NCBI RefSeq assembly: GCF_052425735.1
Contig: NC_135768.1
Coordinates: 15,562,001 to 15,626,000 of the forward strand
Origin: Oculina patagonica
Lineage: Eukaryota
Length of the DNA: 64,000 nt
Direction of reading: 5' to 3'
Position 1 is the stretch's first letter; each line of letters starts with the position of its first letter. The translations under genes and the position numbers were made by a program. The notes under the pieces were generated by a model, which saw only the letters and a program-made list of their open reading frames with translations, made no database searches and was not told the origin of the DNA. Of the stretch, positions 1-12,143 are shown in pieces.

Positions 1-117
1 ATGGTAAATTCTAAGCTCGGTAATAAATAATGAAGATGAAGTGTTCAACATGACATGAGCATGGGACAAAAAAATTCTGAGTCCCCGACGGGAATCAAAC
101 CCATGGCCTCCCAGAAT
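1..117 (-). mobile_element. tRNA-derived SINE fragment, cut by window edge
   Basis: Minus strand reads GGCCATGGGTTTGATTCCCGTCGGGGACTCAGAATTTTTTT, a B-box/T-arm-like head followed by a non-tRNA body. Confidence 0.55.
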
Positions 118-2157
118 AAATACGGTGTTTTAATATACGTTTTAAATACGGTGTTTTAATAGCTTATTTACTCATTAAGTCGCAGTTTAAATCACCCAAA
201 ACAAACACACTTGCATAACTGCAATGGTCGCTATTTACAGCTGTCAGGCTGTTTTCGCTATTGTAAAAAGCATTCTGGCGATCTCTACTGTGATTGGTTT
301 ATTGAAGAAAAGTTACGCTGTCATTGGTTGGTGATTAGTTTCTTTTTTTATTTTAAGGAAATTGGCTCAGTTTAAAGCACGTAGCTTTATTAGAACACAA
401 AGAACGTCTAAAATATTTTAATTTACTTGTAGTCTTAAGTGAATCTGTGAAGGAAGAATATTCCCGTCGCTCCAGTTTGTAATTTTCCTCTTAGTTATCT
501 GAAAATTCATTGTAAATATAGGAAATAGAAAAATTCAGTTCAGCCAACATTATTTTTCCATTGATTTTCGTTTCTGCTGCCCACACGTTTTCTTGGTTTC
601 CTGGCCTTTATTCCCTTTGCTTCTCTGGCGGAGTCGTCGTCTTATATATTTTTCCCCGCAAAAATGTTGTCCAGAGTAAATAAATTTTGCAAATAAAACC
701 CATCTTTAATGTTAGCAAGCTTTTGTTCTGGCTCGTTCCGAAATAAACATGTTTATCGAAGCCTGAATAACCCAAATACTCGCTCGACAAACCGTGAGAA
801 GTTAAATTAATATTTCGTGTTTTCTACGTCCGAAAGGATGAGAGTATTATTTTACTTGTTGCCGATTAAGTGACACAACCAACCTTGAAAAGTATCACGG
901 AAAAATATTGAGAGACAATAAGGAAAGTAGACTTTTTCGGCACGGTCCATGAGTTTACTACTGAGCAAAATCGATTCTGAAAAACATGACGGATAAAACC
1001 CGAAAAAATGACATCGACTGAGATGAAATGTGCAAATTTCACTTTATTGACCGTTTTTCCTAGCACTCGTAAAGTTTGAACGCCACACGCAAAACCTAAG
1101 TTTTAAACAACGTTTATTTCGCTATCTGACTTGAAGTTTCTGGTAAACACACACAAAAAAGTAGTGTTCATTGTTTACCCTTGCGTCGGCTCAACCATTG
1201 ACGCTTAATCACTATCCAACGGCAGTGCAACTTTTGTAGAATAAACAGTTGAGTTCGCCAGAATGCTTCTTTACAATGGCGAGAAACACCTCTGACAGCT
1301 GTAAATAGCGACCATTACAGTATTCCACTGGTTCTATTGCTAGTTTGTCTAATTAGGGTGATTTAATTTGTGACTTATTGAGTAAATAAGCTCTTCTAAG
1401 ATACGGTATTGATTAGAAAAATCTAAGTAAATCATTTGATTAGTCGACCAAATATATAGAAAATAAGAATTTTACTTTAAGGATATGTATGATACGATTT
1501 TAATACATTTACCTATTTCTGTAATATACCATCGATTTAAAAAAGTTGCATTCATGATGAGAAAGCCATTTCAAAAGACCATTGTGCTGTTTCAGCGCGC
1601 AGCCTGGCAAACCGACCAATTATTGAACTGATGAGAGATGTTCTTCACAAAGAAGTTTGCTTAAGTAGCCATTAGTATGAGTCAGTTTGACTTAACACTC
1701 TGATAAACTCAATAATCGCTAATGGTTTTATTAGCTGGAATTGTGAATATGGAAAAGGCTTTCGACGTAACGATGAGCACTGCTTCCATATTTCAATCGG
1801 ATTAATATTAGTTTTACATTTTGTCTCGTCTCCTTAATATAACTAAAGAAGTTTTTATACTTTTTTTCGAGAAGATCTTCAATATAAACATTTCCTTTTC
1901 AAATCGACGATAAGCTCTACAATGTCTTTCAACCGGTTAAAAATTTGCATTGGCCAAGTCTCTTTTTGTGACCCTCTTTCTATCCAAAACCTAGTGCATT
2001 GTTTTACTAGAAGTAAACGGAATCCCTTTCCCCAAAATAAATAAATTATTTTGCCGCAATTGAATAAAAGAGCGATCATTTATGTGGTTAGAGCAATGCA
2101 ATTTTAACACCAAACAAATTAACAACAACTGTCCGCTCGTAATCTGTACAAAGAAAG

Positions 2158-3459
2158 ATGAATTTCTCTCAGTCTTCATCGATCGAAAGTGAAAATAATT
2201 GCAAAAACTTTTTCTACAACACAGTTCCCTTGCGATATTCTTCTGTAGATTCATTATATGGCTTGCTTGTCGCAGCAGCTGTCCTCAGCTTGGCCACTTG
2301 TCCTTTAACCATTCTGTTGAACGCCTTGGTTATGGTTGCCGTAAAAACCAAACGACGACTTCAAACACACCCTAACATTCTGTTGGCTTGTTTGGCGCTC
2401 ACCGATCTGATGATTGGACTTGTTGTACAGCCCCTACACATAGCCAAGACAATGCTCCTTCTACAAGGTAACAATTTTTACATATTTTGTGACACTGATT
2501 TGGCATTTACTATCTCCTTTGTCATTTCCTGTTGCGCATCGTTGTTTCACTTGGTTTTAATCAGTGGAGAGCGATTTCTTGCCATTAAACACACCTTCAC
2601 TCACGCTAACGTCGTCACTAAAGCTCGCCTGATGGTTTCTTCTGCCGTGGCATGGATTGCAGCCGCCTTTTTCCTTCTCATTGCATCGTATTCAAGGGTC
2701 GTAACATTTGTTTTAATAGCAGCAACATTTTCTTCAATCGTCTTGCTTCAAATTCTTGTTTATATGGAAGCCCACCGACACGAAAAACAGATTCTTTCAC
2801 AGCAAGTTTTCATGGAGGCCAGAGCAAAATTTAAACAGGAGAAGAAAGCCTTAAAACTAACCACAATAATATTAGTGACAATTTTTCTGTGTTTCTTTTT
2901 GCCATCATTTATTATATTTGTTACATGGCAATTTTTTAAAGAAAAGTTTTCGCCTGATGTTAACATGTTAGTTCGTCACTTTGGTCACCTGTCGGTGAAT
3001 ATCAATTCAGTTCTTAATCCAGTCATTTACACAGTACGAAAAAGGCAGTTTCGAGTTGCATTTAGTGAGTTGCTTTTAAAGAAAAGTTTTCAAGAAGCTG
3101 AAGAATTCGACAGGAGACTGTTTGGATCGCCAAAAAACAATGCTGTGAGACGGCAAAATGGACAAGAAGGCGAAGGACAGGAACAGAATGCCGAGGAAAG
3201 AAATGCAGCCCACGCTAACGACAAACAAGAAGATAATCCTGAAGTCCTCGCTACGGGCGCTAATGTTAATGACAACACCACCCTCGCTACACAGAACGAG
3301 CCTGTCTCCTCAAATGCACTCAACAGTATATCCAAAAAGACAGAGGAAGAACATGGCGGGGAAAGAAATCCAGCCCACGCTAACGACAACCAAGAAGATA
3401 ATCCTGAAGTCTTAGCTACTGGCGCTAATGTCGGTGACAACACCACCCTCGCTATATAA
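2158..3459 (+). CDS. Class A (rhodopsin-like) orphan GPCR, intronless, 433 aa, paralogue 1
   Basis: Seven hydrophobic segments; LN in TM1, LALTD in TM2, ERF (DRY-equivalent) after TM3, W in TM4, CFFLP in TM6, NPVIY in TM7. Confidence 0.92.
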   Translation: MNFSQSSSIESENNCKNFFYNTVPLRYSSVDSLYGLLVAAAVLSLATCPLTILLNALVMVAVKTKRRLQTHPNILLACLALTDLMIGLVVQPLHIAKTMLLLQGNNFYIFCDTDLAFTISFVISCCASLFHLVLISGERFLAIKHTFTHANVVTKARLMVSSAVAWIAAAFFLLIASYSRVVTFVLIAATFSSIVLLQILVYMEAHRHEKQILSQQVFMEARAKFKQEKKALKLTTIILVTIFLCFFLPSFIIFVTWQFFKEKFSPDVNMLVRHFGHLSVNINSVLNPVIYTVRKRQFRVAFSELLLKKSFQEAEEFDRRLFGSPKNNAVRRQNGQEGEGQEQNAEERNAAHANDKQEDNPEVLATGANVNDNTTLATQNEPVSSNALNSISKKTEEEHGGERNPAHANDNQEDNPEVLATGANVGDNTTLAI

Positions 3460-3730
3460 GAGAGCCTGTCTCCTCAACTGCACTCAACAGCCCATCAAAA
3501 AAGACAGAGAAAGAACATGGCAAGGGAATAAAGGCAGCACACGCTCACGACAACCAAGAAGATAATCCTGAAGTCTTAGCTACTAGCGCTTTAAATGTCG
3601 GTGACAACACCACCCTCGCTACACAGAACGAGCCTGTGTCCTCAATTACACTCAAGAGTTCATCCAAAAAGACAAACGAAGAACATGGCGAGGGACGAAA
3701 TCCAGCTCACGCTAAAAACAAACTAGTTCT
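3193..3730 (+). repeat. ~165-nt (55-aa) tandem repeat in GPCR 1 tail, about 3.3 copies, continuing past the stop codon
   Basis: The GCT codon of the HA(N/H/K) motif recurs at 3214, 3379, 3543 and 3711 (spacings 165, 164, 168). Confidence 0.9.
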
Positions 3731-6700
3731 CGCTTCTGGCGCTGGAATTGATTTGAAAAGTACTGAAACTGCTTAGAACGAAAACTTAGTCCTCCAATTG
3801 GAACAAAACACATCCAAAATGACCAAGAAGCAACCACAGTGACAAGTACGAATTGAGAAAGTTGAACTGGGAATTGAAACTGTGCAGGAAAATATTTCTC
3901 ATAACAGCAGCGAGCGAATAATAATCCGTCACCGTAGCAAAAAAGCAACGCAACCAGAATATGAAGGGAAATTATACCTTTGAATTATATAGATTTACGT
4001 TTTTCGTTTGGATGAAATAAGACTAAGAGATATGAATTTGAGGTCACATGCTAGCATTATAAGCGAAGCCAGCATTCTCACATAAACTGAGAAAGCTTGT
4101 CAAGCGAGCGACCAGTTACATTATTTTATTACGTGGACCTTGAACTTCTCTCTGAGCGAGGAGCGTCGCTCTGTAAAATCAAACGATCATTTTATCCGCA
4201 TAGGTTTACTGAGTTTAAGAACCGTTTGCTTTGTTAGCTTATCGGCCAGCAGTTGTGTCAGTTATGTATATATGATAATAAACGCTCGGTTTATGTGAAT
4301 TATGGATGAACAGCGAAAGAGAAAAGCAAGTTTGGCAGTTGCGTAGTGTTACATGCAAGGAAAACTGAGAGAATTTGATAAGAAAAATCTTGGGTTTTCC
4401 CATTCCGTAAAAGTTTGTTATATCTTATATCGAAAAGCCGAGAAATTGTAGTGTGACTTGCAGTTCTTAGTGCTTTATAAAAACAACATACAACCGTATA
4501 CCCAGTTAAAAAAAACCTTTATTGAGTCTACGCAAAACTCTTAGTCGACTCTACACAGTCATTCAATCGGTTGTGTTCGATGTTATCTCAGAAAAAAATA
4601 TTTCTCTTAAAAGGAAAAAAAAGTTCAACCGACATTTTCCATTGCTCTTTTTTCTGCCGCGCACACGTTTTCCGGTTTCCCGGCCTTCATTCGCTTTGCT
4701 TTTCTCGCGGAGTCGTCGTTTAAACATTTTTATTCTTTCGCCAAAAATGGAGTTTACTGACAGGCAATATTCATTTGCAAATGAAACCCATAAATAAAAA
4801 CCATAATGAAATTAATGTTAACAAGCTTTTTTTCTGGCTCGTTCCAAAATCGTATAAAAAATATCAATAATCCGCAATAACTCTTCTCTTTGTATAATAA
4901 AACTTTTTGTTTTCTTGAAAACAACCACCTGCGATATTTCCAGCATAATAATTTCTGCTGGAAATAAAACTGAAAGAAAAAAATCTTTTTGGAAGCCTGA
5001 TTTACTCACATACGTCAGTAAATTAAAATTTAAAATTAGTATTTCGTGTTTCCTACGTCCGAAAGCATGAGAGTATCATTTTACTTGTTGACGAGCGACT
5101 ACAAAACGGAGGAAAACGAATCGTTTGGGGTTATAGATAATTTTTTTAAAAAGACTTTATCTTTATTTCTTTCGCTTCTCGAGTCTTCGCCCGTGTCTTT
5201 TGTGTTTTTGTCTTTACTCCTCCGAACAACCTCGGAAAACGTTCAGATCAAAATCAACCGCGGCCTCTGGGGCTTTTTTTAACGCTGGAACGAGTGCTTT
5301 AATTGGCTAGACAAGGCCTTATGTGATGTTTCGTTTTCGAAACATCACATATGTGATGCTTGCGTCGAAGCCAATGAAATAAGAGCTGTTAAGCTTGCGC
5401 TTGTGCTTGCGCTTGTGCTTGCGTCGCTAGTGAAAACCAGGCTTAAGACTCACTTTATTCACCTTTTCTCCTAGCACTCGTAAAGGCGAACGCCACACGC
5501 AAAACCAAAGGAGTTATTTAACGACGTTTATTTCGCTATGTGACTTGAAGTTTTTGGTACAACCACAAAAAAATACTGTTCATTGTTTACCCTTGCGTCA
5601 GCATTAATTTTCATCTTCCCTTCTGTTTCCGTTTCGAAAACAGTGCAGATGTAGATTATATAAATTTTACTCTTTTCGACTCGCAAATGAGTTCGAATGA
5701 GCTCGTGCATGAGGTGATGTAATGTATATGAAATGATTCACTGCTGAATTTTTTCAGGCTTCTTTATTTCCAATTGCTTAAATTGGAAATTCACTGCGAT
5801 GATCATTTATCACTTTCTTAAATTGCGAGGTTATGTACTTTTTCTGTCTCCTTCCCATCAACCTCTTCGGGCGTAGCGAAAAAACGAGTAACGACGTACT
5901 AGGTACGAGTCTGGGAAAATACAGCACCAATATAGCTACGTGCATCAAAACTGAGTCCATTTCCTTAAAATCAAATAAAAAAAAGAAACACTTAATCAGA
6001 AACCAATGACAGCGCAACTTTTCTCCAATAAACCAATCACAGTTGAGCTCGCCAGAATGCTTCTTTACAATAGCGAGAAACGCCTCTGACAGCTGTAAAT
6101 AGCGACCATTACAGTATTCCACTGGTTCTATTGCAAGTGTGTTTAATGCAACCTGGTTCCCAGGGTCTCTCTTGTGTTTAATGTAGTTGACCAGTTTAAT
6201 TTACGTCATTTTTGTAAATAAGCTCTTCTAAAATACCCTATTTTTGAGCAAAATATTAAGTAAATTATTTGATTAGCCGACCAAACACAGAAATTAAGAA
6301 TTTTATTTTAAATGAATACATGAAACGAATTTAATGCATTTATTTATTTCTGTAATATACCATTGACTTGAAAAATTTGCATTTATGATTAGAAGACCAT
6401 TTCAAAAAACCATTGTGCTGTTTCATAGCGCAGACTGTCAAACCGACCAATTATTGTACTGATGTAATATGTTCTTCATAAAGAAGTTCTCTTAAGTAGC
6501 CATTAGTATGAGACAGTTTGACTAAACACTCAATAAACTCAATAATCACTAATGATCGTGTTAACTGCAATTGTAAATATCGAAAGGTTTTCGTCGACCC
6601 GATGAACACTGTTTCGATTTTTTGATCGGATTTTTCGTCTCCTTATTACCACTAACAAAGTTTTCATACTATTTTCCGAGACTGAGGACCTTTAAGTAAC

Positions 6701-6954
6701 ATTTTCTTTTACAAATCGATGATCGGCGTCTTTCAATCGGGAAAAAAATTTGCAGTAGTCAATTTTCTCTTTGTGCCCCTTTTTTCACAAAAACTAGAGT
6801 ATTGTTTTACTAGAGGTAAACAGAAGTCCTGTCCCAAAATAAAATTAATAATTCTACTGCAATTGAATAAAGTAAAGACATATTACGAGAGAAAACACTT
6901 TCAGCACGAAACAACTTAACAGCAGCGCTCCGCTCGTTGTATATTGAAAGAAGG

Positions 6955-8064
6955 ATGAATTTCTCTCAGTCTTCATCGATCGGGAATGAAAACGATTGTA
7001 AAAACTTCTTCTTCGAAACTGTTCCCTTGCGATATTCCGCTGCCGATTCATTTTATGGCTTGCTTATCGCAGCAGCTGTCCTCAGCTTGGCCTCTTGTCC
7101 TTTTACCGTTCTGTTGAACGCCTTGGTTATGGTTGCCGTGAAAACCAAACGACGACTTCAAACACACCCTAACATTCTGTTGGCTTGTTTGGCGCTTACC
7201 GATCTGATGGTTGGTCTTGTTGTACAACCCCTACACATAACCAAGACAATCCTCCTTCTACAAGGTAAAGATTTTGATCAAATTTGTGACATTAATTTGG
7301 CATATACTATCTTTTTTGTGATTTCCTGCTTCGCATCGTTGTTTCACTTGGTTTTAATCAGTGGAGAGCGATTTCTTGCCATTAAACACACCTTCACTCA
7401 CGCTAACGTCGTCACTAACGCTCGCCTGTTAGTCTCTTCTGCCGTGGCATGGATTACAGCCGCCTTTTTCCTTCCCTTTGCATCGTACTCAAGGGTCGTG
7501 GCATTTGCTTTAATAGCAGCAATATTTTTTTCAATCGTCGTGCTTCAAATTTTTGTTTATAAGGAAGCCCGCCGTCATGAAAAACAGATTCTTTCACAGC
7601 AAGTTTCCTTGGAGGCCAGAGCAAAATTTAAACAGGAGAAGAAAGCCTTAGATCTAACCACAATAATATTAGTGATACTTGTTCTGTGTTTCTTTTTGCC
7701 ATCAATTGTTATGTTTGTTACATGGCTGCTTTTAAAAGAAAAATACTCGCCTGAGTTTAAAGCTTTAACTCGTCATCTAGCTCTACTAATGATGGGTATT
7801 AATTCATTTCTTAATCCAGTCATTTACACAGTACGAAAAAAGGGGTTTCGAATTGCATTAATTGAAATGCTTTTTAGAAAAAGTTTTCAAGAAGCTCAAG
7901 AATTCGAAAAGAGACTATTTGGATCGACAAACTATGCTGTGAGGCCGCAAAATGGACAAGAAGGCGAAGGACAGGAACAGAATGTCGAGGAAAGAAATGC
8001 ATCACACGCTAACGACGAACAAGAAGATATTCCTCAAATCCTCGCTTCTAGCGCTATTGTTTAA
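6955..8064 (+). CDS. Class A orphan GPCR, paralogue 2; 369 aa as read, 575 aa to 8683 if a +1 T at ~8060 is removed
   Basis: ATG at 6955 aligns with the paralogue 1 start (MNFSQSSSI); same motifs; the tail continues open in another frame (ORF 7952-8683). Confidence 0.9.
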   Translation: MNFSQSSSIGNENDCKNFFFETVPLRYSAADSFYGLLIAAAVLSLASCPFTVLLNALVMVAVKTKRRLQTHPNILLACLALTDLMVGLVVQPLHITKTILLLQGKDFDQICDINLAYTIFFVISCFASLFHLVLISGERFLAIKHTFTHANVVTNARLLVSSAVAWITAAFFLPFASYSRVVAFALIAAIFFSIVVLQIFVYKEARRHEKQILSQQVSLEARAKFKQEKKALDLTTIILVILVLCFFLPSIVMFVTWLLLKEKYSPEFKALTRHLALLMMGINSFLNPVIYTVRKKGFRIALIEMLFRKSFQEAQEFEKRLFGSTNYAVRPQNGQEGEGQEQNVEERNASHANDEQEDIPQILASSAIV

Positions 8065-8525
8065 TAACAACACCGCCATCGATACACAGAACGAGCCTGT
8101 CTCCACAAATGCACTCAACAGCATATCCAAGAAGACAGAGGAAGAACATGGCGAGGAAAGAAATTCAGCCCACGCTAACGACAAGCAGGAAGATAATCCT
8201 GAGGTCCTCGCTACTGGCGCTAATGTCGGTGACAACATCACCCTCGCTATACAAAGAGAGCCTGTCTCCGCAACTGCACTCAACAGCACATCAAAAAAGA
8301 CAGAGGAAGAACATGGCGGGGAAAGACATGCAGCCCACGCTCACGACAACCAAGAAGATAATCCTGAAGTCTTAGCTACTAGCGTTTTAAATGTCGATGA
8401 GAACACGACCCTCGCTACACAGAACGAGCCTGTCCCCTCAAATGCATTCAACTGCACATCTAAAAAGACAGAGGAAGAATATGGCGAAGGAAGAAACACA
8501 GCCCACGCTAAAAACAAACTAGTCC
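7987..8525 (+). repeat. ~165-nt (55-aa) tandem repeat in GPCR 2 tail
   Basis: The same motif recurs at 8008, 8174, 8339 and 8507 (spacings 166, 165, 168). Confidence 0.9.
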
Positions 8526-10108
8526 TCGCTTCTGGCGCTGGTATTGATTTGAAAAGTACTGAAACTGCTCAGTACGAGAACTTAGTCCTCCAATCGGAAC
8601 AAAATACATCCAAAATAACTGAGAGGCAACCACAGTATCAAGTAGGACTTGAGAAAGTTGAACTGGGAATTGAATTTGTGTAGGAAAATATTTTTCATAA
8701 CAGCAGCGAGCCAATACTAGGGCTTGGTGGCGAAAAAGCAACGCAGCCAGTATTTGAAGTGATATTCCTTTGAATCATAGATTTGCGTTGTTCGTTTGGA
8801 TGAAATTAGACTTAGAGATATGAATTTTCGGCCATATGCTCGGATGACAAACGAAGCCAACATTTCACATAAAAGGAAGCTAGTGTCTAGCGAACGGACA
8901 GCTACATTTTTTATTACGTGGACCTTGAACTTCGCTCTGAGTAAGGAGCGTCGCTTTGTAAAATCAAACAATCACTGAGTTTAAGAACTTTGATTTGTTA
9001 GCTGATCGGCCAGCAAAACAGTTGTGTTTCAATTATGTATATATGAAAATAGACGATCAGTTTATGTGAATTATGGATGAACAGCGAAAGAGAAAAGTAA
9101 TTTAGGCCGTTGCGTAGTGTTACATGCAAGGAAAACTTAAAAAATTTGATAAGAAAAATATCGCGTTTTCCTATGCCGTAAAAGTTTGCTATATCTTGAA
9201 CTCGAATAAAGTGAAATGCAAAAAGACGAGATATTATTATGTGATATGAAGTTTAATTTTTAGTGCTTTAGAAGCAACAATTTAAAAATGATGTTCTTAA
9301 CACCAATACTACCGTATACCTTGTTAGAAAAAAAACCTGTATAAGTTTACGCAAAACTCTTGGTCTACAGTACACAGTCGTTCAATCGGCCGCTGTGTTC
9401 GATATTTCCTCTAAAAAGGAAAAAAATTCAGTTCAACCGACATTTTCCATTGCTTTTTTTTCTGCAGCACACGTTTTACCGGTTTGCTGACCTTTATTCG
9501 CTTTGCTTTTCTCGCGGAGTCGTCATTAAAACATTTTCATTTTTAATTTTTCGCAAACGGAGAGTACAGGGAGTATTCTTTTGCAAATGAATATCATTTT
9601 TAATGTTTGATATTAAGCTTTTTTTCTGGCTCTTTCCAAAAATCGTAAAATTAACAATAATTTGCAATGATTCCCAGCTTTGTAAAGTAAAACATTAATT
9701 CTATGATCTAAAAGACAAAACCATAGCTCCATTGCAGTCAAATTTGTCTCCCGGGCGTTATAATTTAAAGTTACGAGCAGACAAGATTAACTTTGAAACT
9801 GTTCCGCTGGACCATATTTCAAAAACCCATATCGCAATCCATTTCAATCTTCAACACTTGTGGCCATCCGTACGCTCTTTTGCATTTGGTGTGTTATTTA
9901 AATATTCCTCCACTGTTTTAAGAGGTTATTTATATATTTAAACGAATTTGATGGTCATTTCCTATGCCTAAGTTGGCTTAAATCCGTGACATGGTCCCTT
10001 TAAAAAGTAAAAAAAATCTTCATTGAAGCCTGAGCAACTCATAAAAGGGCTCGATAAACTGTGAGTGATAAATAAAATTAATATTTCGTGTTTTATACGT
10101 GCGCAAGC

Positions 10109-10519
10109 CCCAGGGGGGCGGGGGGTACTCCGACTTGTAAATGACGGGGATGATCGAATGGAGGCAAAACTCAGGTCCCAAAAAAATCCCTTTAGTTAGT
10201 TTTCCGACATTACCCAAAAAAATCCCTGGACCAAAAATAACCCCTAAAAAAATCCCTTGTCAAATATTACCCAAAAATTGCCAGGAGGGGCAATAACGCT
10301 CGCGTTTGGTATTCATCATACCATAAATACGCCAAGGCCGAGCCAAAGCACTTAAGTTTGTTTTAAATACCCTAAAAGATCCCCTATTTGAATCAAGTCA
10401 CCCAAAAGAAATACTTGCCAAATCTTCTTACCCGAAAACATCCCAGAATCGAAAATTTCAAACCCAAAAAAATCCTTCGATCATCCCCGTCATTTACAAT
10501 CCGGAGTACCCCCCCTGGG
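10109..10519. mobile_element. MITE with CCCAGGGGGG TIRs and 8-bp TSD GCGCAAGC
   Basis: Long imperfect TIRs (GGGGTACTCCG..TTGTAAATGACGGGGATGATCGAA and its reverse complement); TSD at 10101-10108 and 10520-10527. Confidence 0.9.
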
Positions 10520-10780
10520 GCGCAAGCAGAATAATATTTTACTCGTTGCCGACTGACGCAGCCAACTTGAAAAAGAAAAGATATTAAGAAAAAATAAGAA
10601 AAGTAGCCTTCGTTCGGCACGGTCTATAAGTTTGCTTGCAAAAACCTACCTGAACAACATGACGGACACTGAGGTGAATAGGTTGTTTTAGTATATACTC
10701 AAACAGTAAGATATAGCCCAAAAGGATGACTTTTGACTGGTTTATTCCTGTCAACGAGGCATAAAAAATCATTGTTAAAT

Positions 10781-10950
10781 ACAGTGGAGTCCTGATTTTT
10801 TGAACCTCCAAGGGAAACGAAAATTGGTTCTAGAAAGTGGAGTTCGTGAAACTGGGGTTAAAATTACAGTGCTTGACTGAGTAAAGCAAATGAAAGAAAA
10901 ATAACTTTTGGTTCGAGTTAGCAGGAGGTTTGAGTAATCAGGATTTCCAC
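10781..10950. mobile_element. Degenerate pogo/Tc1-type MITE
   Basis: Starts TA|CAGTGGAGTCCTGATT; imperfect inverse AATCAGGATTTCCAC near 10936-10950. Confidence 0.5.
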
Positions 10951-12143
10951 GTCACTTTATTTTCAATGCCGTTAACCATCGAGAGTAAGGGCTTTTCACA
11001 AGTTGCTCGGCAACTTTTTGCCAACTTTTTATCTTTCGAGCTACTTTTTCCCTTTCGAACGACTTTTTGCAGTTTCTAGTCCGAAGATTGTCTGGGTTCG
11101 AAGACCACACGAACGTTTCCGAACACTTTTCGAACTTTTCCGAAGTTTAACGAAATTTGCCGGAGATTTCCGAGAAAGTTAAGAGGATGCTGCAATTTTC
11201 GGACCATTCAGCATTAAAAAATCGTCAGCAAACATGACGTCATCGATATTTTCACGATTGTTTTTTAGTGAAAGAAATCCTTGTAATTCCACAAATTTTG
11301 GCCTTAAAGTGTTATTTTAATAGATGTTTCTGTTGCGATAAAATTGCATAAAATGCTTAGTCATCTTACCTTCAATGGGAAACTAGCATATATTTGGAGA
11401 ACTTTGTTATTTAAAGGCAACGTTTTGGATTTCTTGGAGCAACTTTCGAGCAACTTTTTGGATTTTGGAGCGTCCTTGGAGCAACTTTTTAAGAAATTTC
11501 GCACAACTTTTTGGGAAATATCGAACACTCTGAGCAATTTTGTATGATTTGGGTGAATAACAAGCGCATTAGCGGCGCGAAGTCCTTTGTTCCGCTCTCG
11601 TTCCACGCGTGTGCTCACGCTCCGCGCGTGTCTCTTGTACGGACGGCTGTCTTATTGGCAATAGAAGCACATCTAATTATTTTTCGAGCCCTTTTGCAAC
11701 ATTTTCACACTTCAAGTCTTAGATCACCCTTGCAAATTAATCATTCCCAACACTTTTAATGATCAAACGAGTGGTTTATTGACATGCATTGTTTCATTCA
11801 TGTTTCTGTTGACATTTCTGTACAGTTCATTAGCCTTATCGTAATGAAGAGATTAGATAGCTTATAAACACATTTCTTAGCTTATCAAAATGCTTGCAAA
11901 ACACTGGACATCTCTTGGGTATAACTTTGTCTCAGCAGTATAGACCAACAACGACACATCAAGGACCTGATTTTAATTTTCTAGCCGGGACTGACTTTAG
12001 GTGCAGCGTAGGTGCCGAGATTTTTCGTCGCCCATCGAGCACACCAAGTTAATTTGAAGGTATAATTGTTATTCCATATTAAAGTGGGATTTATACGGCT
12101 TGACGGAAATACAGAAACGTGAAATTCATGTAGCGCATTTAAG

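Larger units (their letters stand above)
533..10660 (+). repeat. Tandem segmental duplication, period ~4.1-4.8 kb, two full units and one partial
   Basis: Homologous intergenic anchors at ~533, ~4621, ~9427 (GTTCA.CC.ACATT..TCCATTG) and ~811, ~5040, ~10081 (TATTTCGTGTTT); GPCR upstream and downstream flanks also align. Confidence 0.85.
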
